Shown here: piece after piece, positions 52,666 through 64,000 of the stretch
Layout of the letters: the number at the start of each line of letters is the position of its first letter
How positions within the stretch are numbered: position 1 is the stretch's first letter
Origin: an uncultured beta proteobacterium
Lineage (GTDB): Bacteria > Pseudomonadota > Gammaproteobacteria > Burkholderiales > Casimicrobiaceae
Reading direction: 5' to 3'
Assembly: GCA_963722325.1 (NCBI GenBank)
Contig: CAVRLN010000012.1
Span: forward strand, 1,792 to 65,791
Length of the DNA: 64,000 nt
Position numbers and translations under genes: made by a program
The notes under the pieces: generated by a model
The model's input: the letters and a program-made list of their open reading frames with translations, nothing else
The model's database searches: none
What the model was told of the DNA's origin: nothing

Positions 52666-52926
52666 TTAGCGCTTACTGGCGCGCGGGATTTTGCCGCCGG
52701 ACTTGGCCTTGCCAGCGCCCTTGGAGCGGCTCAGGCCCTCGGCTTCAGCGGTCTGCATCTCCAGGGCCTCAGCGTCCGAATCGGGCGCGGCGTCGCGCGC
52801 CGCCTTCTCGACGTCCGCAGTCTTCAGGAATTTCTTGGTGCGCTCGTTGTAGTCGCGGGTGGCCGCGTAGTTGCCTTCCCCGTGTACCTCGTCCTTGCCG
52901 GTGCCCGCGTTGCTCTTCGTGCCCAT
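52666..52926 (-). CDS. small hydrophilic hypothetical protein (86 aa)
   Basis: Tail of ORF 52666..54021 from ATG 52926 (AAGGAG upstream): MGTKSNAGTGKDEVHGEGNYAATRDYNERTKKFLKTADVEKAARDAAPDSDAEALEMQTAEAEGLSRSKGAGKAKSGGKIPRASKR. Confidence 0.55.
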   Translation of the reverse strand: MGTKSNAGTGKDEVHGEGNYAATRDYNERTKKFLKTADVEKAARDAAPDSDAEALEMQTAEAEGLSRSKGAGKAKSGGKIPRASKR

Positions 52927-53046
52927 CGCCGCTCCTTTGGGAAAAGTTGCGCTGAAACTCTGCACCACTAGGGCGCTCTCGGGTATCGGCGGCGGGCCGA
53001 TCCTGTTGTCGGAGCGCTTCCTACTGCGACGCGCAAGGTCGCGCTC

Positions 53047-53077
53047 GGAAAAGAAAAGCCGGCATGGCGCCGGCTTT
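53047..53077 (-). terminator. rho-independent terminator downstream of the pirin gene
   Basis: 9-bp stem AAAGCCGGC / GCCGGCTTT (53055-53063 / 53069-53077), loop ATGGC. On the minus strand it is followed by TTTTCTTTTCC. Confidence 0.7.
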
Positions 53078-53102
53078 GTCTGGGATGTGTCGCGCCAAAG
53101 CG

Positions 53103-53972
53103 TCAGGCTGCGGCCTGCGTCAGCGTGCCGCTCTGGTAATCGCGCATCGCCTGCTCGATCTCCTCGCGGGTGTTCATCACGAACGGACCGTACTGCACGA
53201 TCGGCTCGAGCAGTGGCTTGCCGGCGAGAAGGATCACCCTGCCACCCTCCGCCCCGCCGGTGAGCTCGACGCGGTCGCCGTCGGAAAGTATCCCCGCGCT
53301 GTGCGTCTTCAGATGGCGCGCGGCACCTTCTGCACCCACCTCGACGCTGCCTTCGAACGGATAGACGAAGGCATGATAGCCGGCCGTGAGCGCATGCGAG
53401 AAACGCGCTCCGGGTGCCAGCTCGACATCGAAGTAGAGCGGATCGGTGGTCACGCCCTGGATGGGGCCCGGCGTTTTCACACCGCCCGCATCGAGCGTTC
53501 CCGCGATCACCTTCACGGTGACGCCGTCGGCGACGCGCACCACCGGGATCTCGTCGGGCTGGATGTCGCGATAGCCCGCGGGCTTCATCTTCTCCTTGGC
53601 GGGCAGGTTGATCCATAGCTGGAAGCCGCGCATGCGGCCCGATTCCTGCTGCGGCATTTCCGAATGAATGATGCCGCGCCCCGCGGTCATCCACTGCACG
53701 CCACCGCCTTTCAGGTCGCCGGTGTGCCCGAGGTGGTCCTCGTGGCGCATGTGGCCGTCGAGCATGTAGGTCACCGTCTCGAAGCCGCGATGCGGATGCG
53801 CCGGGAAGCCCGCGATGTAGTCGTCGGCGCTGTCGGTGGAGAAATGGTCGAGCATGAGAAACGGGTCGACGCGCGCCCATGCCGACTGGCCGATGCTGCG
53901 GCGAAGCTTCACGCCGGCGCCGTCGGAAGTAGGGATCGAATCGATGATGCGCTGGATCGTGCGTGTGGTCAT
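53103..53972 (-). CDS. pirin family protein
   Basis: ORF 53103..53972 (-), 289 aa, intact, AGGAGA upstream: ...FLMLDHF...GFPAHPHRGFETVTYMLDGHMRHEDHLGH...GGVQWMTAGRGIIHSEMP.... Confidence 0.9.
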   Translation of the reverse strand: MTTRTIQRIIDSIPTSDGAGVKLRRSIGQSAWARVDPFLMLDHFSTDSADDYIAGFPAHPHRGFETVTYMLDGHMRHEDHLGHTGDLKGGGVQWMTAGRGIIHSEMPQQESGRMRGFQLWINLPAKEKMKPAGYRDIQPDEIPVVRVADGVTVKVIAGTLDAGGVKTPGPIQGVTTDPLYFDVELAPGARFSHALTAGYHAFVYPFEGSVEVGAEGAARHLKTHSAGILSDGDRVELTGGAEGGRVILLAGKPLLEPIVQYGPFVMNTREEIEQAMRDYQSGTLTQAAA

Positions 53973-54052
53973 GTTGTCTCTCCTGTCCCGCGCATATGGG
54001 GCCCTGAAGCGCGGAATTCAAACCACGCTCCGAACGTGCGTTCGGGCGAAAG

Positions 54053-54646
54053 CTAAGTCAGCAGGAGCTGCGAGTGCGGACCCTGCTCCGAGCCGTGCAG
54101 GCGGCTGTTCCTCGACACCGACGCCAGCAGGTACTCCATCTGGTCGGCGAGGATGCGGCGGTTGCGCAGGATGAAATGCTCGTGCCGGTCGGGAACGTAA
54201 GGCACGTAGAGCAGCGGCATCCCCGCCTGCTCGGGCGTGCGACTGCCCTTGCGCGTGTTGCAGCGCCGGCAGGCGGTGACCGTGTTGGTCCAGCTGTCGC
54301 GCCCGCCGCGTGCTACCGGCTTAACGTGGTCGCGCGACAATTCACGGGTCATGTGGCGCTCGCCGCAATACGCGCAAAGGTGGCGATCGCGTGCGAACAA
54401 CAGCGAATTGGTCAGGCTGGGGGCGTGCGGGTACTTGGCGGCGCCGCTGCCTTTGATCGCCAGGATCGACTTGGTGGAGATGCGCGAGCGCTCGCCGTTT
54501 TTCTGATAGCCGCCCCGGAATTCGCGCACGGTCTGCCCGACCGACCAGGCGACGAGCTGCTTGGCGTGGTACGTGACGGCCTCCTCCAGCTCCACCCAGG
54601 CTTGGGGAAGGCCGGCGAGATCGACGGTGAGGATAAGCGGTTGCAT
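54053..54646 (-). CDS. HNH endonuclease domain protein
   Basis: ORF 54053..54646 (-), 197 aa: ...CAYCGERHMTRELSRDHVKPVARGGRDSWTNTVTACRRCNTRKGSRTPEQAGM (HNH with flanking CxxC pairs). Confidence 0.8.
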   Translation of the reverse strand: MQPLILTVDLAGLPQAWVELEEAVTYHAKQLVAWSVGQTVREFRGGYQKNGERSRISTKSILAIKGSGAAKYPHAPSLTNSLLFARDRHLCAYCGERHMTRELSRDHVKPVARGGRDSWTNTVTACRRCNTRKGSRTPEQAGMPLLYVPYVPDRHEHFILRNRRILADQMEYLLASVSRNSRLHGSEQGPHSQLLLT

Positions 54647-54833
54647 GGCTTGGGGCCTGAGTAAGTGCTTATCTTAGGGCCCGGCCTGACGATTTGCAAA
54701 GGGCGGCCCGCCGCCGGACGCGTGCTCCCCGGCTGCTAGACTTCGCGGCGTGCGCGAACCTGCCGCAGTTCCCGGACCACCGCCGCGTTGCGCGCCCGGG
54801 CGACCCGCCATCCCGATCTCCGCCCGACTGCTG

Positions 54834-56033
54834 ATGCTTTCGTCGCGCAACCTGCGCCTGATCGGAGCGCTCGGCGTCACGCAGATCGTCTCCTGGGGAA
54901 CGCTCTACTACGCCATCGCGGTGCTCGGCGAGAGCATGCGCGGCGAGCTCGGCATCTCGTCGCAAACGCTGTTCGGCGCGTACTCGCTGTGCCTGCTCAT
55001 TTCGGCGCTGATCGCGCCGGCGGTGGGGCGTGCCATCGATCGTCACGGGGGGCGGCGCGTCATGAGCCTCGGCTCGGTCGTCGCCGCCGCGGCACTGGTC
55101 GCTATCGCCAATGTGCATTCGACGACCGCGCTGTACGCAGCGTGGGCGCTGGCCGGCGTGGCGATGGCGATGACCATGTACGACGCCGCGTTCGCGACGC
55201 TGAGCCAGCACACCGGAACGGCGTATCGAAGCGCGCTCACCGCGCTAACCCTGATGGGCGGGCTCGCCAGCACCGTATTCTGGCCGGTTTCGCTCAAGGG
55301 GCTGGAATGGTACGGCTGGCGCGAGACGATGATGTTTTTCGCCGTGCTCGAAATCGGCGTCTGCCTGCCTCTGCATTATTTCCTGGTCCCCGCGGATCAC
55401 GCTGTCGCGACGGCCGAAGCCGCAAAGGCGGGCGCAGGCAGCGAAACGCGCCCGTTGTCCGCGCGCGCCAGGCGCCGCGCGTTCTTGGCGCTGGCGGTGG
55501 CGTTTGCGCTCAACGGCTTCATCGTTTCAGCGCTCACGGTGCACATGGTGAGCGTGCTGCAGCGCCAGGGGCTGGCGCTGGCCACGGCGGTCTGGGTCGG
55601 CTCGTTTTTCGGCCCGATGCAGGTCACGGGCCGCATTCTCGAGTTCACGTTCGGCCGACGCGTCGCGTCGAGAACCGTCGGCGTCATCGCGCTCGCTGTC
55701 CTCGTCGTCGCGATCGCAGTGCTCATGTCGCTCGGCGGCAACGTCGCGGTGGCGCTGCTGTTCGCGCTGCTGTTCGGGCTGAGCAACGGCGTGGTGACGA
55801 TCGTCCGCGGCACGGTGCCCGCCGAGCTTTTCGGGCGCGTCGGATACGGGCGCATTCTCGGCAATCTCGCCGCGCCGGCGCTGTTCGCCCGCGCGGTCGC
55901 CCCGCTCGCGTTCGCGCCGCTCGCCTCGGCGCAGACCGCGCCCACGGGCTGGCTGGTTGTATTGCTGATACTCGCGGTCCTGTCGGCGGCGAGTTTCGGC
56001 CTGGCGGTGAGCTCGGCGAGGCGCCCGGACTGA
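54834..56033 (+). CDS. MFS transporter
   Basis: ORF 54750..56033 trimmed to ATG 54834 (MLSSRNLRLIGALGVTQIVSWGTLYYAIAVLGE...). About 12 hydrophobic segments; intact. Confidence 0.8.
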   Translation: MLSSRNLRLIGALGVTQIVSWGTLYYAIAVLGESMRGELGISSQTLFGAYSLCLLISALIAPAVGRAIDRHGGRRVMSLGSVVAAAALVAIANVHSTTALYAAWALAGVAMAMTMYDAAFATLSQHTGTAYRSALTALTLMGGLASTVFWPVSLKGLEWYGWRETMMFFAVLEIGVCLPLHYFLVPADHAVATAEAAKAGAGSETRPLSARARRRAFLALAVAFALNGFIVSALTVHMVSVLQRQGLALATAVWVGSFFGPMQVTGRILEFTFGRRVASRTVGVIALAVLVVAIAVLMSLGGNVAVALLFALLFGLSNGVVTIVRGTVPAELFGRVGYGRILGNLAAPALFARAVAPLAFAPLASAQTAPTGWLVVLLILAVLSAASFGLAVSSARRPD

Positions 56034-56115
56034 CGATCGATCCGCGGGGCATGCGGCCATCGCGCGCGGGCAGACCAGCGACACGCCTGCGGTGCCGCCA
56101 CGGCGCAGGCGCCGA

Positions 56116-57106
56116 TCAGATTCTGAAACGAGCCTGCACCTCCGGCGGGAAAGAGCTCGTCGATCTCGACCTTGCGCGCGCACACGCCTTGCTCGAACGC
56201 ATACGAGGCGAACGCTTCCAGCGTAACGCGGTTGGGGTCGATGCCGTAGGGCCACGGATCCGCGCCCAGCCAGTGACTTGATTTCTCGATGCTGTCCGGG
56301 ACCCAGGGCAGCGGGAAGAAGGACGCGGTGATGTCGCGCGCGCGCTTGACGCTGCGCTGCTTCGCTTCGTCAAATGCGTTGTACAGGTTCATCGCGATCC
56401 AGGGGTTCGCTTCGTACACGTCGCGCCGCAGCGCGACGACGTGCATGATCGGAAAGATACCCGTTCTCTTTGCGTATGCGTATTCGGCTTCGCGGTAGTC
56501 GGCGAGCAGGCGACGAACGCTTCCGTCGCCGGCGACGAACGACTGTGGCGGGCGGGCGGACAGAATGGCGTCGAGCGAACCGTCGGCGAGCATTTGCGAG
56601 AGCGAGCGATCGGGAACGACGGTCAGGTTGATCCCCGGCGGCAGCCTAAGCTTGAGCTTTTCCTTGCGTCCCGCCTCGTTCACGCCCGCCTGGAACCACT
56701 CGATCGAACGCAGGTCGACGCCGCAATCGTGCGCGAGCATTCCCCGCGAATACACCGCGGCGGTCTGTGCCCACTCGGGCACGCCGATTCGCTTGCCGGC
56801 CAGGTCCTCGAGACGCGAGAGCGCGCTGTCCGCGCGGACATAGATCGACGAATGGCGGAAAACACGCGAGGGAAACACCGGCAACGGCACGAAGCCGCGG
56901 TCGCCCGCGGCGTGCAGGCCGATCACCTTGGCGAACGACATCTCGGAAACATCGAACTCGCGATACATGGTCGCGCGGTAGAAGATCTCCTCGATCGGCA
57001 ACCGAAGCACCGTCAGCTCGACGCCCGTCACGCGCACGCTTCCATCGAGCACATCGCGCACGTGGTCGTATTCGCCGATCGCCAGGCTGAGGTTCAGGGC
57101 GGTCAT
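56116..57106 (-). CDS. 4,5-dihydroxyphthalate decarboxylase-like / NMT1-type binding-fold protein, one frameshift near the 3' end as assembled
   Basis: ORF 55397..57106: MTALNLSLAIGEYDHVRDVLDGSVRVTGVELTVLRLPIEEIFYRATMYREFDVSEMSFAK...VFPSRVFRHSSIYV.... After ...VEIDELF (T3 run at 56150-56152) the frame of ORF 56116..56373 gives PPEVQARFRI and a stop at 56116. Otherwise the ORF runs antisense through the MFS gene. Confidence 0.72.
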
Positions 57107-57182
57107 AGGATTACCTTCGCGCTACGCGCTTCGGTATTCGCTGCTCGGGGCGGCCCGTCGCGCTCATGGTTCGCGGCGTGGA

Positions 57183-58146
57183 CTACTCCGCCTTGATGCC
57201 GATCTCGCGCACGATCTTGCCGTACTTGTCGTAGTCGCGCTGGACCAAGGCGGCGAATTCCGCAGGGCTGGTGATGAACACGCTCATCCCGCCGGCGCTG
57301 TTGAGCTTGGCGGCGACATCGGGCAGGGCCAGCGCCGTCCGAATTTCGCTGCGCAGGCGCTCGACGATGGGTTTCGGAGTGGCGGCAGGCGCGAACAATC
57401 CGAGCCAGATCGTCAGCTCGAAGCCGGGATAGAACTCCGCGATGGGCGGCAGGTCGGGAAAGGCGCGTGAGCGATAGGTGCCGGTCACCGCCAGCGCGCG
57501 CAGCTTGCCGGCCTGGATCTGCGGCGCGGACGAGCTGCCGGCGAACATCACCTTGGTATCGCCCGCGATCGTCGCCATTGTCGCCGGCGAGCCGCCGCGG
57601 AACGGAATGTGCGTGAGCTCGATCCCGGCGCGCTTCTTGAGCATTTCCATCGCGAGCTGATGCTGGCTGCCGTGACCGCCCGACGCGTACGCGAGCGGCG
57701 GATTGGCCTTGCGCGCGAACTCGATGAATTCCGGGAACGTCTGCGCGGGCATCGACGGATTGATCGACAACACGAATTCGTTCGACACCAGGCTCGCGAG
57801 GGGAACGAGGTCCTTGAGCGGCTCGAACGGCATCTTTTCGTAGATGTGCGGGTTGATGGTGAGCAGGCTGTCCGGGCCGAGCAGCAGTGTGTAGCCGTCC
57901 GGTGCGGACTTCGCGACCATCGCGCCGGCGATGTTGCCGTTGGCGCCGGTGACGTTGTCGATGATCACCGGCACTCCGAGCTGCTCGGAGAGCGGCAGGC
58001 CGATCGCGCGCGCCAGCACGTCGGGCGCGCCACCCGGCGGAATGGGTACGATGATGTGGATCGGCCGCGCCGGGTACTGGGCCGATGCCACGCCGGCGAA
58101 CATGGCCCCGATCACCAGTGCGGCGCGAAGCGACGATGTCCTTCAT
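57183..58146 (-). CDS. Bug family tripartite tricarboxylate transporter substrate-binding protein (TctC-like), orphan; frameshift in the signal peptide as assembled
   Basis: ORF 57183..58115 (IHIIVPIPPGGAPDVLAR...DNVTGANGNIAG...PDGYTLL...HIPFRGGSPA). A plausible start MKDIVASRR is in ORF 57103..58146. Frames switch at ~58112-58122 (LVIGAMFAGVASAQ). Confidence 0.82.
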
Positions 58147-58170
58147 GCTATCTCCTCCGGTCGCGCAGCG

Positions 58171-60297
<2,127 letters not shown>

Positions 60298-60369
60298 CTA
60301 GCGCCAACGAACGCGGCAAAAACAAAGCGGCCGCCCGAGAGGCGGCCGCCAAACCACCGGACGTGGGCC

Positions 60370-60561
60370 TCAGGCGTCGAGCGACACGTCGGTCAACTGG
60401 CGCATATCGCGCGTCGGGACGGACGAGTCGATGAATTCCTTCTCGACCGACTTCGACCGGAACAACGCCCACACGGCCATGACGACAGCGGTGATCACGC
60501 CGACGATCACGAACATCGCTACGGTCTCATTGGTGTTCAACAGCAACTGATTGAAATCCAC
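60370..60561 (-). CDS. small single-pass membrane protein (63 aa), hypothetical
   Basis: ORF 60370..60561 (-), GTG start with AAGGAG 7 nt upstream: MDFNQLLLNTNETVAMFVIVGVITAVVMAVWALFRSKSVEKEF.... Confidence 0.55.
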   Translation of the reverse strand: MDFNQLLLNTNETVAMFVIVGVITAVVMAVWALFRSKSVEKEFIDSSVPTRDMRQLTDVSLDA

Positions 60562-60685
60562 GGTGAGACTCCTTTCCTGGAAACGGATGCGCCTTGCGGC
60601 ACTGACGGCCTAAGAATCTGCCTGCCGGGACAGCGCGACAATCAGACGATGTCCGATACCGGTGTAGGCGCCGCCGGGATCGGGG

Positions 60686-62243
60686 TCAGACGTTCAGGCG
60701 ATGCGCGGAAAGGTAGCGCTGCCGGTAGATTTCGAACGGAACGGTGTCCGCGGCCTCGATCTGGCGCTGCTTCACCAGCGATCCCTCGGCCAGCCGCGCG
60801 AAGCGATTGGCGAGCTCGTGCGGGTAAGGCAGCTTCCAGATCGAATCCCGGTGCCGGAGCGATTGCGCGAGCACGAAGCGCACGTACGACTTCGCGTAGT
60901 CGCGCTGCATCGCCTGCAGCACGCGCGCCGACGGCGTCGTCTCCGGATCGCGCAGCCGGGAAACAGCCATGGCGTGAGCGCGAGCGTGTGCGCCCGCGTC
61001 GCGTCTCGCGCCATGGACTTTCTCGCACGCGGCATCGAGCGCGGCCGCGATCGGCTCGCACTGCGCCAGCACCTCCGACCCCCACTCGAACAGCGACACC
61101 TGCTCCGCGCCGCGCGTGAGCAAGAGGCCCGGCTCGCGGCCGCGCGATGCAGTGCGCTGCTTGTTGCCGACGACCGCGGCGAGCTCCTGCGGCGTGTCGG
61201 GTGGACTGTCGCGCAGCAGGCAGTGCATCAGGAAGACGTCCAGGAAGCGCATCGTGTCGGTGTCGATTCCGACCGGCAGAAACGGGTCGAGATCCATCAG
61301 CCGCACCTCGACGTACTCGACGCCGCGCTGACGCAGCGCGTGGAGCGGTCGCTCGCCGGGGCGAATGCGCCGCTTGGGGCGGATCGTGCCGTAGAACTCG
61401 TTCTCGATCTGCAGCATCGTGTCGGCGAGCTGGCGGTAGTCGTCGCCGTCGCGGATGCCGATCGCGGCGTACGCGGGATAGGGCTTGGTCATCGCTTCTT
61501 GCAGCGACGCCGGCGTAGCCGTCGAGACCGTTGTAGCTCACCGCCAGCGAAGACTGCGCGTCGCTCTGATAGCCCAGGCGACCCATGCGCAGCGACGTTG
61601 CATGCGGCAGGTACAACGTGTCCTCGCTGTAGCGCTCGAGCTCGTGATCGCGTCCCGCCACGAAGCTGCTACACACCGCCGGCGACGCGCCGAACAAATA
61701 CAGCAGCAGCCACGATTCGCGCCGGAAGTTCCGGATCAGGCCGAAGTAGTCGTCGTTGTCGAGCCGATGCGGCCAGGAGAAGTTGTAGTGGATGCCGGAG
61801 ATCGTCTGCATGCGGCGCCCGTAGCGATGCGACAGGCCCATGCGATAGACGCTCTTGGCGCGGCCGACATTCGACGTCCCGTAGCGCCCGATCGGGATCG
61901 CATCGTCGGCGGGAAGCCTGCACGGCATGCTCGCCGCCCACAGGAGCTCGTCGCCGATGGCGCGATAGACCGCCTGGTGGATCTCGACGAGCTCGGTCAG
62001 GCACGATTGCGGATCGGGATGGACGCCGGTGATCAGCTCGACCTGCGATTCGCTGAAGTCGGTGGTCACCAGCGGATGCGTCAGCGCCGAGCCGAGCGCC
62101 GCGGGATGAGGCGTCGTCGCCAGCGCACCGTCGGGCCGCACGCGCAGGCTTTCCTTCTCGATGCCCCTGCGCAGGTTGGCGAGCGACTCCGGTGCAAGCG
62201 CGTCGAGGCGTTGATGCAACAGCGGCGGCGGATCGGTGAACAA
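60686..62243 (-). CDS. gshA: glutamate--cysteine ligase (proteobacterial type), one frameshift as assembled
   Basis: Within ORF 60642..63389 from TTG 62243 (GGAG upstream): [15 protein letters not shown]...[12 protein letters not shown]...[14 protein letters not shown]...[30 protein letters not shown]...RMGRLGYQS...SYNGLDGYA. It continues in ORF 60686..61492 ([22 protein letters not shown]...[13 protein letters not shown]...). Switch at ~61505-61515. Confidence 0.85.
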
Positions 62244-62395
62244 CGGCTTGCTCCGGAGAAGTGGGGCGGCCCGACGTCGCCGAGGACTATTGGCGGCGGC
62301 GCGGCGCTGACCGCGCCCGTTCGGGGATCGCAGTGTACCCGGGTTTGGGCAGCTCGCGCTAAGATGCGCCGCACCGAAACCATGCTTCGTCTCGC

Positions 62396-63374
62396 GTGAA
62401 AAGCAGCGCACGCCTATCCGGAATCGCGCTCGTGCCTCGCCTTGCAGGCGCTTGTCTGCGCGCACGTGAGCGCGTTCGACCTCGAAGGACACCGCGGCGC
62501 GCGCGGGCTCGCTCCCGAGAACACGATTCCGGCTTTCGAGCGCGCACTGGCGATCGGCGTGACCACGATCGAGACCGACGTTGCCGTGACGCGCGACGGC
62601 GTGGTCGTGATATCGCACGACCCGTTCCTCAATCCGGACGTGGTCCGCGGCGTGGATGGTCGTTGGCTCGGCACGCCGGGGCCGGCAATCCGCACGCTCG
62701 ACTTCGCGACGCTTTCCACCTACGACATCGGCCGCCTCGATCCGGCCAGCAAGTACGCGCAGCAATTCCCGCAGCAGCGAGCCAGCGACGGCGCCCGCTT
62801 CCCGCGTCTCTCCGAACTTTTCGCGCTGGCCAAGACGTCGGGAAAAGCGGTCCGCTTCAACGTCGAGACGAAAATCACGCCGACCTCGGGAGACACTACG
62901 CCCGATCCGGCGACGTTCGCGCGGCTGGTGATCGCCGTGGCGCGCGATGCCGGCGTCAGCGAGCGAGTCACCATCCAGTCCTTCGACTGGCGCACCCTGC
63001 TCGAAGTCTCGCGAGTGGCGCCCGACATCCGCACCGCATGCCTGACCATCCTGACGCCGAACAACGATACCGTCACACCCGATGCGAGCGGTGCTTCGCC
63101 CTGGCATGCGGGGTTGTCGATGCGCGAGAACGGGGGCTCGATGCCGTCGCTGGTCAAGGCCGCCGGCTGCCGGGTCTGGTCGATGTTCTGGCGCAACCTG
63201 AGCGCCGACGATGTCGCGCTCTCGCACAAGATCGGCATCGAGGTCCTGCCCTGGACGGTCAACGACCCCACCGACATGGCGCGGCTGATCGACATGGGGG
63301 TCGACGGCATCATCACCGACTACCCGGACCGACTGCGCGCGGTGATGGCCGCGAAGATGCTGCCGTTGCCGTAG
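62396..63374 (+). CDS. glycerophosphodiester phosphodiesterase family protein, probably secreted; N-terminus uncertain
   Basis: ORF 62442..63374 (TTG): ...[52 protein letters not shown]...VLPWTVND. A signal-peptide-like N-terminus appears only by combining GTG 62396 ([13 protein letters not shown], another frame) with [14 protein letters not shown] of the ORF frame. This implies a frame change at ~62425-62432. Confidence 0.72.
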
Positions 63375-63406
63375 CTCGGGGGGTTGCAATCACTGGCCGG
63401 ATGCTC

Positions 63407-63435
63407 TTGACACCAGTCCCCGAATGGACTATAGC
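63407..63435 (+). promoter_or_regulatory. near-consensus sigma70 promoter (TTGACA-N17-TATAGC) upstream of the antitoxin gene
   Basis: TTGACA at 63407-63412, a 17-nt spacer, TATAGC at 63430-63435. Read directly from the sequence. Confidence 0.6.
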
Positions 63436-63495
63436 TGGCATTGAGTCTTGTCCTGGACGCACACGCAGACGCAGCCGTTCCCGCCAGCCCGGCCC

Positions 63496-63921
63496 ATGTC
63501 GCCATCCACCCCGACCCGCAAATCCACCGCCGCCGAGCCTCGCGCTCAACCCGCCGCCGATCCCGAGCGGCTCTCCGCGCCGGCGCTGCGCACATTTTTC
63601 CGGATCGCCGAGGCATGGCAGCTGTCGACCGACGAGGCACGAACGCTGCTCGGCGCTCCGCCCCGATCGACATTCTTCGCCTGGAAAAAATCCGGAGGAC
63701 CCCTCTCCCGCGACACGCTCGAGCGCATTTCCTACATCCTCGGCATCTACAAGGCGCTGCAGATCCTGCTGCCGGACACCGCCGCGGCCGACGCCTGGAT
63801 ACGCAAGCCCAACACCGCGCCGGCGTTCGCCGGCAAGCCCGCGCTCGATCGCATGCTCTCCGGCAACGTCGCCGATCTCTACGTGGTGCGCCAGTACCTC
63901 GACGCCTGGCGCGGGGGTTAG
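63496..63921 (+). CDS. DUF2384 (MbcA/ParS/Xre-type) antitoxin of a RES-toxin type II TA system
   Basis: ORF 63448..63921. TTG 63448 is only ~13 nt from the -10 box, so ATG 63496 is preferred. ...LRTFFRIAEAWQLSTDEARTLLGAPPRSTFFAWKK...LSRDTLERISYILGIYKALQILLPD..AADAWIRKPNTAPAFAGKPALDRMLSGNVADLYVVRQYLDAW. Confidence 0.75.
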   Translation: MSPSTPTRKSTAAEPRAQPAADPERLSAPALRTFFRIAEAWQLSTDEARTLLGAPPRSTFFAWKKSGGPLSRDTLERISYILGIYKALQILLPDTAAADAWIRKPNTAPAFAGKPALDRMLSGNVADLYVVRQYLDAWRGG

Positions 63922-63925
63922 AAGC

Positions 63926-64000
63926 TTGGAGCAGTTGCGCAACCGGCGCACGCAGTGGCGGCCGAGTCATCGACTTGTTCCGAGCCGCTTCCCGCCGGTG
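63926..64000 (+). CDS. RES domain toxin, N-terminal 25 codons only (continues beyond the window end)
   Basis: Hand translation from TTG 63926, 4 nt after the antitoxin stop: LEQLRNRRTQWRPSHRLVPSRFPPV. The R.VPSRFPP(V/I) motif is the typical N-terminal signature of RES-domain toxins that follow DUF2384 antitoxins. Confidence 0.55.
   Translation, partial: MEQLRNRRTQWRPSHRLVPSRFPPV

Noticed and set aside
62397-62399. In-frame TGA between an upstream ATG (62364) and the glycerophosphodiesterase domain as selenocysteine or readthrough
   Set aside because: The 11 codons before the TGA do not resemble a signal peptide and no SECIS-like hairpin follows. A GTG in another frame plus a small indel gives a far better signal peptide.
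60642-63389. 915-aa minus-strand ORF
   Set aside because: Only its middle part (gshA N-terminal two thirds) is genuine. The upstream third is Arg/Ala-rich antisense of the glycerophosphodiesterase gene. The last part is the wrong frame of gshA after its frameshift.

Overview
Very GC-rich chromosomal segment (by eye; GC not computed). It looks betaproteobacterial, probably Burkholderiales: four orphan Bug/TctC binding proteins and the hemA-prfA-prmC, ridA-recG and rph-rdgB-hemW neighbourhoods. All calls come from motif recognition in the six-frame ORF track and hand translation; no database search was possible. I resolve about 64 protein genes, one tRNA-Ala(CGC) with its own -10 box and terminator, two truncated gene remnants and a few regulatory hairpins or promoters. 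I saw no rRNA, CRISPR array, IS element, integrase or phage genes. Content is mostly housekeeping (xth, rph, rdgB, hemW, prfA, prmC, hemA, recG, lon, trxC, gshA, fadH, cls) mixed with accessory metabolism (fumarylacetoacetase, amidase, tannase-like esterase, aldo/keto reductase, FMN-dependent dehydrogenase, PhyH dioxygenase, pirin, cupins). There is also a PAS hybrid kinase / Hpt / MBL-fold-receiver phosphorelay beside a class III cyclase. The dominant signal is technical or evolutionary. By hand count, roughly 60-70 clean +1/-1 reading-frame changes hit about 29 genes, including prfA (normally essential). They are extremely clustered at 14.4-16.9 kb (RuBisCO-like protein, cupin, MidA-type methyltransferase) and in the 5' third of prfA. 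Several multi-kb stretches have none. These breaks create misleading giant or fused ORFs in the track (1573 aa, 915 aa, 790 aa, 700 aa, 593 aa). Some are compensated pairs hidden inside ORFs that look intact. Biologically notable items: a coupled RuBisCO-like protein plus cupin pair, reminiscent of the MTA-isoprenoid shunt; a 3.5 kb ArsR/SRPBCC/MFS/Bug islet bounded by two gene remnants, with a ~93-nt diverged direct repeat of an MFS 5' end; a 7-bp tandem duplication breaking a pteridine-reductase-like gene; and a DUF2384-antitoxin/RES-toxin module with a near-consensus sigma70 promoter at the right edge. I found no convincing novel multi-gene system. The most speculative candidates are flagged as such.
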